Shown: positions 39,201 through 49,228 of the stretch, one piece after another
How the letters are laid out: the number at the start of each line of letters is the position of its first letter
How positions within the stretch are numbered: position 1 is the first letter of the stretch
From: Candidatus Kryptoniota bacterium
GTDB taxonomy: Bacteria; Bacteroidota; Ignavibacteria; Kryptoniales; JAKASW01
Direction of reading: 5' to 3'
Assembly (NCBI GenBank): GCA_049966155.1
Contig: JBMFVE010000002.1
Location: 274,569 to 338,568 of the forward strand
Length of the DNA: 64,000 nucleotides
Notes under the pieces: model-generated
Database searches by the model: none
Told to the model about the DNA's origin: nothing
The model's input: the letters and a program-made list of their open reading frames with translations, nothing else
Position numbers and translations under genes: made by a program

Positions 39201-39361
39201 TTTCATCTGTCTGTAATGTCCTCAGCAGCCTCGAGGCTTCAATAGAAGGAGCAGATGCAGCTCCAACAGCTGGACAGCTGTCCGTTTATGAAGAGTACAG
39301 AAATAAGCTGGATTCTCTCCTCAAAAGGTGGGAAAAGCTGAAGAAGGACATGAACCGGTAA
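36257..39361 (+). CDS. Exported BNR/Asp-box (sortilin/VPS10-type, GH74-like double beta-propeller) protein
   Basis: Signal-like N-terminus. Repeated S-x-D-x-G-x-T-W type Asp-boxes (TTDAGQTW, SDDGGNSW, SENGGRTW, SSDGGHTW, STDAGNSW, SVDGGRTF, SIDSGKTW, TTDGGRHW, TTDNGRTW, YNDGKNW). Confidence 0.8.
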   Translation: MPRHLSIRFSKKLFTLMLFEVALTFLIQLHYPTNSYADSPFHHRFHSSLKWRFVGPYRGGWATMAAGIPSLPNTFYFGAAGGGVWKTTDAGQTWKGLMQHEKSSSIGAIAISTSNPNIVYAGTGQVDYRYDILSGDGIYKSDDGGNSWKNVGLSETGHIGMILIDPRNPDKVIVAALGHMFKSNPERGVYLSENGGRTWTKVLYVNDSTGAVDLAWDPGNPSVIYAAMWQVRMHPWLDYFYPQLANGSGIYKSSDGGHTWYKLSGNGLPEPPLGRIGIAVASGSNGNIVYATVIATGGKSGLYKSTDAGNSWVFVNNNASLANNYFSRLTVDPKDPNTVYVMGRSISKSVDGGRTFHFFKGAPGGDDYHYLWINPDNPSYMITASDQGCVISIDSGKTWSSWYNQPTGQFYSVAVDNQFPYKIYSGQQDNGTVGILSRGPYGVIEDRDWHPVGGDERDYDVPKPDNPRLIFGSGLGGHVSRFDDVTRQVVEVSPWPVSSYGAFPPAQKYRYTWITPIVFSKLPPYPLYFGAQVLFKSVDNGDHWEIISPDLTGRIKGMAATNDPDLKTARNAGFGAIFSIAPSPISRNVIWVGSDDGIISITTDGGRHWRNVTPPDIPLWSRIDAISPSHFSKSTAYVAVNLHRIGFNQPLILKTTDNGRTWRKIVNGIPDDEYTNSVEEDAVQPGLIFAATNRTIYFSYNDGKNWHKLNDGFPTTCVNALTIHNSDLIAATQGRGIWILDDIEPLRELSSGVLNQKAHLFKPVDAIRIRPNENKDTPWPPETPLGQNPPTGAVIDYWLKNAPLNPVKLTIEDSKGKTIAEFRSDEKPKPLKTEPRYFEEGWLGRGEELSAEPGIHRFVWNLRYPRPPALSYNYSIAAVWHDGTPLEPQGAFVLPGKYKVTLTVDGSEYSRLLVVKSDPRIHIDHSVLKKQLDLELNIYAELKKGTEVYRKITEVLSEQKHRYAKTLLDSLTDISNNGRPNISSVCNVLSSLEASIEGADAAPTAGQLSVYEEYRNKLDSLLKRWEKLKKDMNR

Positions 39362-39379
39362 TTATACCTCGGAACAAAA

Positions 39380-40588
39380 TTAGAGTGAGAGAACTGCTGG
39401 ATTTTCCAGGATTCGCCTCAGTGTCTGCATAAATTTCGCGGCCATTGCACCGTCAATAACTCTATGGTCTGAAGAAAGCGTAATTTTCATTCGCTTCCCT
39501 ATTTTTATAGTCTTGTCCTCTACTACGGGTTTTTCTACTATGCTTCCAACTGCAAGTATTGCGGCTTCAGGTGGATTGATTATAGCAGTAAACTCCTCAA
39601 CATCAAACATTCCGAGGTTGCTGACTGTGAAAGTACTTCCGCTGTATTCTTCAGGATTCAACTTCCGCTCACGCGCACGAGAGGCGAGATCTTTGGACTC
39701 AATGGAAATCTGACGTAGCCCTTTTCGGTCTGCGTCCCTGACTACAGGAGTAATGAGTCCTTCATCAATAGCAACCGCAATTCCGATATGGACGTCAGAA
39801 AAAATTCTTATTCTGTCCCCAAGAAAAGTAGCGTTCACTTCAGGATGCATTTTCAATGCTGTTGCACAAGCTTTGACTATGATGTCATTAAAGCTAATTT
39901 TCAGGTTTTCATCGAAAGAATTCAAAGCTTCCCTGTACGCAGCTGCGTTCTCCATTTTCACTTCAACTGTCAGATAAAAATGGGGGGCCTCAACGTTGCT
40001 CTTGCTTAATCTTCTGGCAATTGCCTCCCTCATCATTGTCAAAGGCACATCGGTAAACTCTCCCGTTGTCTTTATCTTTAAGGCAGGTTCACCTTTTTTA
40101 TCGGTTACAGCCATGTCAACATCCCTCCTGATGATCCTTCCAGAAGGTCCTGAACCCTGAATCTGGCTTAAGTCAATTCCTTTCTCTTTTGCAATTTTCC
40201 GCGCCAGCGGTGAGGACTTAATGCGAGTGTTAGCAGACTTACTTTCCTTTATGCTTACATCTTTAGTTACTTCTTTCAAATGGGGTGAAGGGGCGGTTTC
40301 TGACGCTGTCTTTCCAGCTGTCTCATTAATAACCGAAGAAATATCTTCCCCTTCAGTACCTAAAATAGCAATCACCCCACCCAACGGCACACGTGTTCCT
40401 TCTTTTGCAACGATCTTCAGCAAGATCCCTTCATCATAAGCTTCCATATCCATATTTGCTTTATCCGTTTCAACCTCAGCAATAACTTCACCGGGCTGCA
40501 CCCTGTCACCTTCTTTTTTCAACCACTTTATTATCCGTCCTTCTTCCATAGTATCACTCATTTTCGGCATTTGAATCTTTATCGCCAT
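39380..40588 (-). CDS. pdhC: Dihydrolipoamide acetyltransferase (E2) of a pyruvate-dehydrogenase-type complex
   Basis: Lipoyl domain (EVETDKANMDME), E3/E1-binding SPLARKIAKEKGIDLSQIQGSGPSGRI, catalytic SSDHRVIDGA. Confidence 0.88.
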   Translation of the reverse strand: MAIKIQMPKMSDTMEEGRIIKWLKKEGDRVQPGEVIAEVETDKANMDMEAYDEGILLKIVAKEGTRVPLGGVIAILGTEGEDISSVINETAGKTASETAPSPHLKEVTKDVSIKESKSANTRIKSSPLARKIAKEKGIDLSQIQGSGPSGRIIRRDVDMAVTDKKGEPALKIKTTGEFTDVPLTMMREAIARRLSKSNVEAPHFYLTVEVKMENAAAYREALNSFDENLKISFNDIIVKACATALKMHPEVNATFLGDRIRIFSDVHIGIAVAIDEGLITPVVRDADRKGLRQISIESKDLASRARERKLNPEEYSGSTFTVSNLGMFDVEEFTAIINPPEAAILAVGSIVEKPVVEDKTIKIGKRMKITLSSDHRVIDGAMAAKFMQTLRRILENPAVLSL

Positions 40589-40622
40589 TCCTTAACCTCT
40601 CTGTAATTTCTTTTAAATGAGT

Positions 40623-41603
40623 CTATTTCCTGTAAGTTACTTTGAGCACCGCATTGACAATCTTCTCTGGAGTGGGCAGTACACTGTGTTCCAGCGTTTT
40701 CGAATATGGCATTGGGACATCTTCAGAAGCAACGAGTTCCACCGGTGCATCGAGATAGTCAAATGCCTTTTTAGATACCCTGTATGCAATTTCACTCCCC
40801 ACACCAGCAAATGGCCATGCTTCTGTGACAACCACGCATCGATTCGTCTTCTGAACACTTCTGATAATCGGTTCATCATCAAGTGGGCGAATCGTCATGG
40901 GATCTATTACTTCAGCTTCGATTCCCTGATCTGCCAGAATTTCGCTCGCTTTAAGGGCTGCGCTTAGCATTTTAGAATACGCTACAATTGTAACGTCTCT
41001 ACCTCCCCTCTTCACATCTGACTTGCCAAGAGGTATCAGATATTCTCCTTCGGGAACTTCACCCTTGATCCCATACATTACCTCGCTTTCGATAAATATC
41101 ACAGGATTATCATCACGAATCGATGACTTCAAAAGACCCTTGGCATCCTTTGGAGTTCCAGGCATTACCACTTTCAGGCCCGGTATATGAGCATAATAGC
41201 TCTCAAGTGCCTGTGAATGCGTGGCGGCCAGCTGATGCGCAGCCCCTCCGGGTCCGCGCACAACCATTGGAATTTTAAATTGCCCTCCAGACATATACCT
41301 CATTTTAGCAGCATTATTCACAATCTGATCAATTGCTACCAGAGAAAAATTAAATGTCATCACCTCAACTATAGGCCTTAATCCAACCATTGCTGCACCG
41401 ACCCCAACACCGGTAAATCCGGCTTCTGAAATTGGCGCATCTATCACCCTCATAGGACCGAACTTCTGAAGAAGGCCCTGCGTGACTTTGTAAGCTCCCT
41501 GATATTGACCTACTTCTTCTCCAACAATGAATATGGAGTCATCACGCTCCATTTCTTCTACCAAAGCTTGATTCAACGCTTCCCTGAATGTGATTTCTGG
41601 CAT
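40623..41603 (-). CDS. pdhB: Pyruvate dehydrogenase E1 beta subunit
   Basis: MPEITFREALNQALVEEM..., transketolase Pyr and C-terminal domains. ATG 41603 is preceded by GAGGAGGG; the track start at 41621 is TTG. Confidence 0.88.
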   Translation of the reverse strand: MPEITFREALNQALVEEMERDDSIFIVGEEVGQYQGAYKVTQGLLQKFGPMRVIDAPISEAGFTGVGVGAAMVGLRPIVEVMTFNFSLVAIDQIVNNAAKMRYMSGGQFKIPMVVRGPGGAAHQLAATHSQALESYYAHIPGLKVVMPGTPKDAKGLLKSSIRDDNPVIFIESEVMYGIKGEVPEGEYLIPLGKSDVKRGGRDVTIVAYSKMLSAALKASEILADQGIEAEVIDPMTIRPLDDEPIIRSVQKTNRCVVVTEAWPFAGVGSEIAYRVSKKAFDYLDAPVELVASEDVPMPYSKTLEHSVLPTPEKIVNAVLKVTYRK

Positions 41604-41617
41604 TTGCTCTACCCTCC

Positions 41618-42619
41618 TCAAACGTAAATATCATCGTAAATAGAATCCAGAGGGGGCTCAGGACTATTCTCAGCAAATTCCACTGCTTCTGAGATTGTTT
41701 TCTTCACATCAGTTTCAACTGACTCAATTTCCTTTTGCGTCGCAACCTTTTCTTCGAGCAAAAACCTCTTCATGTTTTCAATCGGGTCTCTCTTTTTCTC
41801 CTCTTCCACCTCCTGCTTCGTTCTATAAACTGCATCAGGATCTGACATTGAATGACCCCGATACCGATATGTTCTCACTTCAAGTAATGTCGGCAGACTC
41901 AGTTCACGGGCTTTCCTCACCGCTTCTCTTACAGCATCGTAAACTGAAAATACATTCATTCCATCTGCAACCATTCCTTCAATTCCATAAGAACACCCGC
42001 GTTTATAAAGTTCTGAAATAGCTGACGCTCGCTCTACTGCCGTGCCCATTCCATACAGGTTGTTTTCTATGATATAAACAACAGGTAATTTCCAGAGCGC
42101 TGCGATATTGAGGGACTCGTGGAACGTTCCCTGATTGACCGCTGCATCTCCCATAAACGTAAGGCAGACACGGTCTTCTTTCCTGTATTTTATTTTAAAT
42201 GCCACACCGGTGCCAAGCGGAATCTGTCCGCCCACAATTGCATGCCCTCCCAGCATGTTCCGCTCAACATCAAAGAAATGCATTGAACCACCCTTCCCCT
42301 TGCTGGTACCTGTGTACTTTCCAAAAAGTTCAGCCATGAGCTTCCTGGGGTCCGTGCCCCTCGCAAGGGCGTGGCCATGATCTCGATATGCAGTGATGAC
42401 GTAATCATCATCCCGTATGGCAGCTATCGACCCTACTGCAACAGCTTCCTGTCCAATGTACAAATGAAGAAACCCACCGATTTTTTGGAGTCCGTACATT
42501 TTTGCTGCGGCTTCCTCGAATCGACGAATCAACAACATTGATTTGTATATTTGAACGAGTTTGGCTCTCCCCAAACTCAAGTATTGTTCCATATTTGTTT
42601 CTATAGCGTAATCGCTCAT
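41618..42619 (-). CDS. pdhA: Pyruvate dehydrogenase E1 alpha subunit
   Basis: TPP motif GDAAVNQG...NN and the phospho-loop-type motif YRYRGHSMSDP, typical of PDH E1 alpha. Confidence 0.88.
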   Translation of the reverse strand: MSDYAIETNMEQYLSLGRAKLVQIYKSMLLIRRFEEAAAKMYGLQKIGGFLHLYIGQEAVAVGSIAAIRDDDYVITAYRDHGHALARGTDPRKLMAELFGKYTGTSKGKGGSMHFFDVERNMLGGHAIVGGQIPLGTGVAFKIKYRKEDRVCLTFMGDAAVNQGTFHESLNIAALWKLPVVYIIENNLYGMGTAVERASAISELYKRGCSYGIEGMVADGMNVFSVYDAVREAVRKARELSLPTLLEVRTYRYRGHSMSDPDAVYRTKQEVEEEKKRDPIENMKRFLLEEKVATQKEIESVETDVKKTISEAVEFAENSPEPPLDSIYDDIYV

Positions 42620-42642
42620 TTATTCCTTTCCTCAGATATTTT

Positions 42643-43509
42643 TTAAAAAACAACCTGTTGTTCTGCATGATATGAACTTCTAACCAGGGGTCCGGATTCA
42701 ACATATTTAAACCCAAGTTCAATCCCGATTTTTTTATATAATTCAAATTCAGAAGGCTTAACATAGCGGTCAATTGGAAGATGGTCTTTTGTGGGTTGCA
42801 GATATTGCCCAATTGTCAGTATATCCACTTTTACCTCACGCAAATCCTTCATAACCTCAATGACCTCATCATAACGTTCACCAATTCCCACCATCATTCC
42901 GCTTTTAGTAACCAATCCCTTTTCCTTAAAAAACTTTAAAACATCAAGTGACCGTTCGTATTTTGCCTGAGGTCTTACAAGGCTGTAAAGCCGTGGGACA
43001 GTTTCAACATTATGATTAAGGATATCAGGTCCAGCATCAGCAACGATGCTACAGGCAACCTCGTCGCCTTTGAAGTCGGGTATTAAAACTTCCACCCGAC
43101 AGGCATGGTTTTTTATTCTTATTTGTCTGATAGTCTCAGCAAAAATTCCTGCACCACCATCATTTAGCTCATCTCTGTTAACTGAGGTTATTACAACGTG
43201 CCTCAGTTTCATTGAGGCAACAGCTTCTGCAACCCTGCGTGGCTCGTCAGTATCCAGCTGGACAGGTCGACCGGTTTTAACTGCACAAAAGCCGCAGCTG
43301 CGGGTACAAACATCTCCAAGGATCATAAAAGTTGCTGTACCATGCCCCCAGCATTCACCTAAATTTGGACATCGAGCTTCTTCACAAACAGTGTGCAACT
43401 GTTTGCTCCTCATCAAATTCAAAATTTGCGAGTAGTTTTCACCATACGGTAATTTTGCACGTATCCAGTCTGGCCGGCGCGGTAGTTTCTTTTCTGTTAT
43501 ATCCATCAT
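42643..43509 (-). CDS. lipA: Lipoyl synthase
   Basis: [13 protein letters not shown] and the radical-SAM motif [10 protein letters not shown]. Confidence 0.93.
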   Translation of the reverse strand: MMDITEKKLPRRPDWIRAKLPYGENYSQILNLMRSKQLHTVCEEARCPNLGECWGHGTATFMILGDVCTRSCGFCAVKTGRPVQLDTDEPRRVAEAVASMKLRHVVITSVNRDELNDGGAGIFAETIRQIRIKNHACRVEVLIPDFKGDEVACSIVADAGPDILNHNVETVPRLYSLVRPQAKYERSLDVLKFFKEKGLVTKSGMMVGIGERYDEVIEVMKDLREVKVDILTIGQYLQPTKDHLPIDRYVKPSEFELYKKIGIELGFKYVESGPLVRSSYHAEQQVVF

Positions 43510-44786
43510 TCGTATAATGAGTTTGTTGTGTCAAAATTCTCCAGGTAATAAATAATCTTTTCAAGGAATTGCCCCCCCATGGCACCATCAATTAATCTAT
43601 GGTCAAATGATAAAGTCAGGTATGCCATCTGTCGAATAGCAATTGCATCGTTAATTACAACGGGTCTTTTTTGAACAACCCCAACACCAAGTATTGCAAT
43701 GTTTGGCTGGTTAATAATTGGAGTCCCCATCAAATTGCCAAATACACCGTAGTTTGTAATTGAAAAGGTTGAATCAACCACATCATCCGGGGTCAGCTTT
43801 TTAGTTCGTGCACGAACTGCCAGGTCGTAAATACCCCGTGCCAGTCCCAGGAGATTCTTCTCATCAGCACCTTTTAAAACAGGGACAATCAAGCCTGTTG
43901 TTTCAATTGCAACAGCTATGCCCAGATTGACGTAATTCTTTACGATGATGTTTGTACCCTCTATGCTGCTGTTAACAAGCGGAAAATCTTTTAAAGCTTT
44001 TACACATGCACTGGCAATGAATGGCATGTATGTAAGCTTAAATCCTTCACGGCTCTGGAATTCAGAGGCATTTTTCTCAATATAATTTGCTATACCTGTC
44101 ATATCAGCCTCCGAGATAGCTGCCACATGAACAGATGTATCCCGACTCCTTATCATATGCTCCATTATCCGCTGTCGCAGGTTGTCCATCGGCATAATCC
44201 TTGAGCGGGATTTGTCATAAGTTTGAGTCATGGCCTGAGGCTCCGCTTTCGGGGCACCTGCAGCATGTCTGGTCTCCGATTTTCTTTTTATATAAGCCAG
44301 CAAATCCTGCTTGGTTACCCTTCCTCCTGCACCTGTTCCATGAACCGCAGAAAGTTCTTCAATACTTATGCCCTCAGACCGAGCAATTGCCTTAACCAAT
44401 GGAGAATAAAATTTGCGTACACCTGCTTCTGTTCGAGCAGGGACTTTCACTGAAGTTGCCTCAAAAGGCTTCTCATCAACCACATACGAAGCGATGTCTG
44501 CAGATGCTTTCACAGCTGCTTTCTGCTCCGGTTCAATTGGACCTGTAATGTCAGTCTCAATATATGCTATCACAGCACCTACAGGCGCAACTTCCTGTTC
44601 ATGCACGACTATGTCTGCCAGAATTCCTGCTGCGGAGGACGGTATCTCGGTGTCGACCTTGTCAGTACTTATCTCGAGCAAAATTTCGTCTTTCTCTATT
44701 TTGTCTCCAGGCTTCTTGTGCCACTTTATAATCTTACCTTCAGTAATGCTTTCGCCCATCTTGGGCATAAGGACTTCTATTCTCAT
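43506..44786 (-). CDS. Dihydrolipoamide acyltransferase (E2) of a second, branched-chain-type 2-oxoacid dehydrogenase complex
   Basis: Lipoyl domain ([12 protein letters not shown]), binding domain [30 protein letters not shown], catalytic [13 protein letters not shown] 44786 follows AAGGAG. Confidence 0.85.
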   Translation of the reverse strand: MRIEVLMPKMGESITEGKIIKWHKKPGDKIEKDEILLEISTDKVDTEIPSSAAGILADIVVHEQEVAPVGAVIAYIETDITGPIEPEQKAAVKASADIASYVVDEKPFEATSVKVPARTEAGVRKFYSPLVKAIARSEGISIEELSAVHGTGAGGRVTKQDLLAYIKRKSETRHAAGAPKAEPQAMTQTYDKSRSRIMPMDNLRQRIMEHMIRSRDTSVHVAAISEADMTGIANYIEKNASEFQSREGFKLTYMPFIASACVKALKDFPLVNSSIEGTNIIVKNYVNLGIAVAIETTGLIVPVLKGADEKNLLGLARGIYDLAVRARTKKLTPDDVVDSTFSITNYGVFGNLMGTPIINQPNIAILGVGVVQKRPVVINDAIAIRQMAYLTLSFDHRLIDGAMGGQFLEKIIYYLENFDTTNSLYE

Positions 44787-44796
44787 TGGATTCTCC

Positions 44797-46881
44797 TTAG
44801 TACGCAGCCAGTTCTTCAATAACTCTTACAACTGATGATTCATTCGGCAGAGCGGCTACCTCAAGTGGAGGACTATAAGGTATAGGTGAATCCAGAGCAG
44901 TTATTCTTCTAACAGGTGCGTCAAGATATTCAAAAGCCTCCTCAGCAATGATGGCTGCCAACTCCGATGCAAAGCCGTTGGTATGGGTATCCTCGCTCAA
45001 TACAAGAACCCTATTTGTCTTTTTTACGCTTCTTAATACGGCCTCTTTATCAAGGGGAACAATGGTGCGGAGATCCAGTACCTCTATATCAATTCCTTTT
45101 TCGCTCAATTTCTTTGCTGCATTTAAAGCCATGTAAACCATAGCACCGTAGGTAATTACTGAAATATCTTTCCCCTCCCTCCTCACGCTTGCTTTTCCAA
45201 ATTCAATAAGATATTCATCGTCGGGTTCGGGTGACATAGCATAACTCTGTCTATATAGGCCCTTGTGTTCGAGAAACAAAACAGGGTCTTCCATGCGGAT
45301 TGCTGACTTCAGTAAACCTTTAGCATCAGCGGATGTGGATGGAAAGGCAATGTAAAGTCCCGGACAATGTGCAAATATACTCTCAATGTTCTGACTATGA
45401 TAATGTCCACCGTGGATATACCCCCCAACAGGTACCCGAATCACCATTGGCACCGACCATGTGTTATTCGAGCGATATCTCATCATTGCCACTTCATTCT
45501 TCAACTGCATCATTGCCGGCCAGATGTAATCACCAAACTGGATTTCAACAACAGGCTTAAAACCACGAACTGCCAGTCCAAATGCAGTTCCAATTATACT
45601 TGCTTCCGCCAGTTGTGAATTAAAAACCCTGCTGCGTCCAAATCTTGTCGAAAGACCTTTGGTAGCAGTAAATACGCCTCCTTTTCCATCTTCGACGTCT
45701 TCACCGTAAATAATCATCTTTTCATTACGCGCCATCTCTTCGTGTAGTGCATGGTTAATTGCATCAACCATCACCACAGGCTTACCATTGGGTGGATTTT
45801 TTTCATATTGAAAATTTGAATATAAATCCTTTGAAGCATAAACATGGAGCGAAACAGTAGCCGGGTCAGGAAGGGGTCGTGACTCCGCCCATTCCGCTGC
45901 TGTGTCCACAACCTTCTTAACTTCTTCGTGAATGGAAGAAATTTCTGCATTGGAAAGAATCTTCTCGGACGTTAAAAGAGCTTCCATTACCATCAAAGGA
46001 TCACGAGAATGATCTCGCTCTATCTCTTCCTTGCTTCTATACTTTCTGTCGTCGTCAGATGATGAATGAGACAAAAGTCGAACAACATCGGCCACAATAA
46101 TGCTCGGACCTCCTCCATTCCGGGCACGCTCCACTGCTTCCTTTGCAGCAGCATAACTCTCAACAAAATCCACCCCGTTAACTTTAAAGCGCATGAGTCC
46201 ATCATATCCCCCGGCAACTTCATAAATTGAACCGCCAGCTGTTTGCTGCCATTCCGGCACGCTTATAGCATAATGGTTATCCTCAATGACAAAAATCACA
46301 GGAAGTCTGTCCCGGGACGCCCAGTTAAGGGCCTCGGCAAATTCCCCTTCACTTGTGGCACCTTCCCCTGAAGAGACATACACAACCTGATCGGTATTGT
46401 CCCTTACCGCACCAATTGCAGTTCCAACAGCCTGGAGGAACTGTGTACCTGTAGGACTTGACTGGGTGGGAATATTTAGTTCCCTTTTTCCGTAATGTCC
46501 AGGCATTTGCCTCCCTCCCGTCATGACATCCTCTGCTCTATGCAGTTCACCCAGCATTATCTCCTCGGGAGTCATTCCAAGTGCAACCGCAAAAGCTAAT
46601 CCCCTGTAATAAGGATAAGCCCAGTCATAACCTGGTCTCAGGTTTAGTGCACATGCGACCTGGATAGCTTCATGACCTGACCCACCTATGTGAAAGAATG
46701 CTTTGCCCTGTTTAAGCAATGTTAGCTCTTTTTCGTCAAGGCGCCTCGACAGGAGCATTAACCTATATGCTTTCACAAGCACTTCAGGTGAAACCAGCTT
46801 GTCCGTCGATTCCAGTACATCAACCTGTCGCTTTTCTGAAGCGGCATCATTTTTCTTTGGATCTTTTTTAACAGGAGGCAT
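44797..46881 (-). CDS. Fused E1 alpha-beta subunit of a 2-oxoacid (branched-chain-type) dehydrogenase
   Basis: 694 aa. The N-terminal half is E1 alpha (GEGATSEGEF, SHSSSDDDRKYR). The C-terminal half is E1 beta (IIYGEDVEDGKGGVF, transketolase C-terminal domain). Confidence 0.85.
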   Translation of the reverse strand: MPPVKKDPKKNDAASEKRQVDVLESTDKLVSPEVLVKAYRLMLLSRRLDEKELTLLKQGKAFFHIGGSGHEAIQVACALNLRPGYDWAYPYYRGLAFAVALGMTPEEIMLGELHRAEDVMTGGRQMPGHYGKRELNIPTQSSPTGTQFLQAVGTAIGAVRDNTDQVVYVSSGEGATSEGEFAEALNWASRDRLPVIFVIEDNHYAISVPEWQQTAGGSIYEVAGGYDGLMRFKVNGVDFVESYAAAKEAVERARNGGGPSIIVADVVRLLSHSSSDDDRKYRSKEEIERDHSRDPLMVMEALLTSEKILSNAEISSIHEEVKKVVDTAAEWAESRPLPDPATVSLHVYASKDLYSNFQYEKNPPNGKPVVMVDAINHALHEEMARNEKMIIYGEDVEDGKGGVFTATKGLSTRFGRSRVFNSQLAEASIIGTAFGLAVRGFKPVVEIQFGDYIWPAMMQLKNEVAMMRYRSNNTWSVPMVIRVPVGGYIHGGHYHSQNIESIFAHCPGLYIAFPSTSADAKGLLKSAIRMEDPVLFLEHKGLYRQSYAMSPEPDDEYLIEFGKASVRREGKDISVITYGAMVYMALNAAKKLSEKGIDIEVLDLRTIVPLDKEAVLRSVKKTNRVLVLSEDTHTNGFASELAAIIAEEAFEYLDAPVRRITALDSPIPYSPPLEVAALPNESSVVRVIEELAAY

Positions 46882-47590
46882 GTTCTTTCTCCATATTTAT
46901 ATGAAAATGTTCCATGAAATTGCTTAATTCATAGGTTACAAACTCAGATTGAAATACATCTTGAAAAGCAGCAGCAACCAATGATTTTACCTGATTCATA
47001 TCGACTTCTTTTCGCAATACTTTCGAGAGTGACGTAACCCCCTTGTGAAAAATTCCACATGGAATAATTCTTTCGAAGTAAGATAAATCGGTGTTCACGT
47101 TGAACGCAAATCCATGCATTGTCACCCACCTGCTGACTTTAATACCAATAGCGCATATCTTTTCATCGCCGACCCAGACACCTGTGTAATCCAAATCACG
47201 CCTGCCGATAATACCAAATGACTGAAGCGTACGTATTACAACATCTTCCAGACCACGAATGTACCTGTGAACATCAGCTTTATCCCGACTTAAATCGAAA
47301 ATTGGATAAGCAACAAGCTGACCAGGACCATGGTAAGTGATATCACCACCTCTGTCCACTTTAAAGACACTCACACCCCTTGCTTTCAGTTCCTCATCTG
47401 ATGCAAGCAGGTGGTCTTCACCACCCGATTTACCAATTGTGTAAGTATGGTGGTGTTCGGTAAATAAAACAACATCAGGGATTGTCCCTGCAGTCCTTTC
47501 TGCATGAAAAAACTTCTGCATTTCCCATGCATGCAGATATTCTGTAAATCCTATGTCTATTATTATTCCTTTATTCACAGGACATTTCAA
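46868..47590 (-). CDS. lipB: Octanoyltransferase (lipoyl(octanoyl) transferase)
   Basis: RGGDITYHGPGQLVAYPI and KICAIGIKV. TTG start in a TTGA overlap with the lpd stop. Confidence 0.85.
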   Translation of the reverse strand: MKCPVNKGIIIDIGFTEYLHAWEMQKFFHAERTAGTIPDVVLFTEHHHTYTIGKSGGEDHLLASDEELKARGVSVFKVDRGGDITYHGPGQLVAYPIFDLSRDKADVHRYIRGLEDVVIRTLQSFGIIGRRDLDYTGVWVGDEKICAIGIKVSRWVTMHGFAFNVNTDLSYFERIIPCGIFHKGVTSLSKVLRKEVDMNQVKSLVAAAFQDVFQSEFVTYELSNFMEHFHINMEKEHASC

Positions 47591-48993
47591 ATATCTATTG
47601 CATGGCCCATGGCGTCCTCAGCCGCCTCTTTAACAGCCTCACTCATTGTTGGGTGTGCATGAATGGTATGAAAAATTTCATAAGGGGTTGTTTCAAGTTT
47701 CTTGGCAACTCCAAGCTCGGCTATCATTTCGGTAGCACTGTTACCAATAATGTGGGCGCCAAGCAGCTCACCATATTTTGCATCAAAAATTAGCTTGACA
47801 AATCCCGTGGTCTCACCGCTGGCAATTGCTTTTCCACTTGCAGTAAATGGAAACCTCCCTATTTTTAATTCATATCCTAACTCTTTTGCCTTTTCTTCAG
47901 TTAACCCAATGCTCGCAACCTGAGGTTGACAATAGGTGCACGCAGGGACGCTGTTATAATCAATATCCTCTGTCTCAACCCCGGCAATTCCTTCGACGCA
48001 TCTTACTCCCTCTGCAGATGCTACATGCGCAAGCCATGGCGGCCCAATTACATCTCCAATTGCATAAATTCCCTTTACACCTGTAGCATAATTTTTCTTA
48101 TCCACTTTTATCCAGGATTTCTCAACCTGTACACCAATTCCCTCAAGATTAAGTCCATCGCTATTTCCCTGAATCCCCACCGCAACAAGAGCAATGTCAG
48201 CGTTAAGTTCACGCCTGCCTTTTACACCATTAATAATAACAGAAACACCATCTCCTTTCGCCGCAGCCGACTCCACTCTGGTTTCTGTCAACACTTCTAT
48301 GTTTTGCTTCCTGAATTCTCTTTCAAGCTGCGCGCTAACCTCTTTGTCCTCAAGAGGGAGTATATTCGGCATCATTTCAAGAAGCGTAACCTTTGTGCCA
48401 AATGCGTTGTAAAAATATGCAAATTCCACTCCAATGGCACCAGCACCGATAATTATCATGCTCTCTGGCACATTTTCAAGAACCATTGCTTCACTGCTTG
48501 TGACGACCCTCTTCCGATCAATCTTTATCCCGGGGAGCTCCTTTGGTCTGGCACCTGTAGAAATAATTATATTATCACCTTCAACCTGTGTCACTTCCTT
48601 CCCTGAGTTGTCAAGCACAGAAATCAAATTTTGAGAGAGAAATTTCCCGGTACCTGAAATCTTTTCAATTTTGTTTTTCTTAAACAAAAATTCTATTCCC
48701 CTTGACAGGCGGTCTGCTGCATCGCGGCTTTTCTTGATAACTTTCTTGAAATCCACATTGAAATTCGAATATGTAAAGCCATATTCTGAGGCATGTTTAA
48801 ATTCCCACATTACTTCTGCACTCCTCAAAAGGGACTTAGTTGGAATACACCCCCAGTTTGTGCAAATTCCTCCAAGCTTAGCCCTTTCTACTACCCCAAC
48901 CCGCATCCCGAGCTGGGCTGCACGTATAGCAGCAACATAGCCCCCGGGACCACCACCCAGTATAACAATGTCAAACTTTTTAGCTTCTGCCAT
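47587..48993 (-). CDS. lpdA: Dihydrolipoyl dehydrogenase (E3)
   Basis: GGGPGGY FAD motif, redox disulfide GGICTNWGCIPTK, C-terminal HAHPTMSE. Confidence 0.93.
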   Translation of the reverse strand: MAEAKKFDIVILGGGPGGYVAAIRAAQLGMRVGVVERAKLGGICTNWGCIPTKSLLRSAEVMWEFKHASEYGFTYSNFNVDFKKVIKKSRDAADRLSRGIEFLFKKNKIEKISGTGKFLSQNLISVLDNSGKEVTQVEGDNIIISTGARPKELPGIKIDRKRVVTSSEAMVLENVPESMIIIGAGAIGVEFAYFYNAFGTKVTLLEMMPNILPLEDKEVSAQLEREFRKQNIEVLTETRVESAAAKGDGVSVIINGVKGRRELNADIALVAVGIQGNSDGLNLEGIGVQVEKSWIKVDKKNYATGVKGIYAIGDVIGPPWLAHVASAEGVRCVEGIAGVETEDIDYNSVPACTYCQPQVASIGLTEEKAKELGYELKIGRFPFTASGKAIASGETTGFVKLIFDAKYGELLGAHIIGNSATEMIAELGVAKKLETTPYEIFHTIHAHPTMSEAVKEAAEDAMGHAIDI

Positions 48994-49228
48994 ATTTTCT
49001 CCTGGTTATTAATATGTTCCGCTCATTCCGGACAAATTTCATGAGGGAATCAAAAAATTAACATTTGACTGGAATCTGCATTTCCTTTTTCATGGTTCAC
49101 TGCGACTGCGGGAAAATATAATGACATTTCGGAAATAATAACAAGCCAATGATGCATTAGGTTTCATTGAAAAATTTGAGAAGAAAGACCAAAAAGGTTA
49201 AATTTTTATCAAACTAACAGGTGAAGCT

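Noticed and set aside
47926-48606. Long antisense or alternative-frame ORFs inside well-supported genes. Examples: 226 aa in lpd, 175 aa at 10261-10788, 166 aa at 12878-13378, 159 aa at 25680-26159, 151 aa at 22407-22862, 134 aa at 42408-42812.
   Set aside because: Each lies wholly within, or straddles, a gene with strong family motifs on the other frame or strand. They have low-complexity, Ser/Leu/Cys-rich translations and no start signals.
48994-49228. Fur box or yybP-ykoY (Mn) riboswitch upstream of the VIT1-family transporter.
   Set aside because: Only loose AT-rich resemblance to a Fur box (AATAATAACAAGCCAATGATG). The conserved GGGGAGUAG-type riboswitch core is not present.
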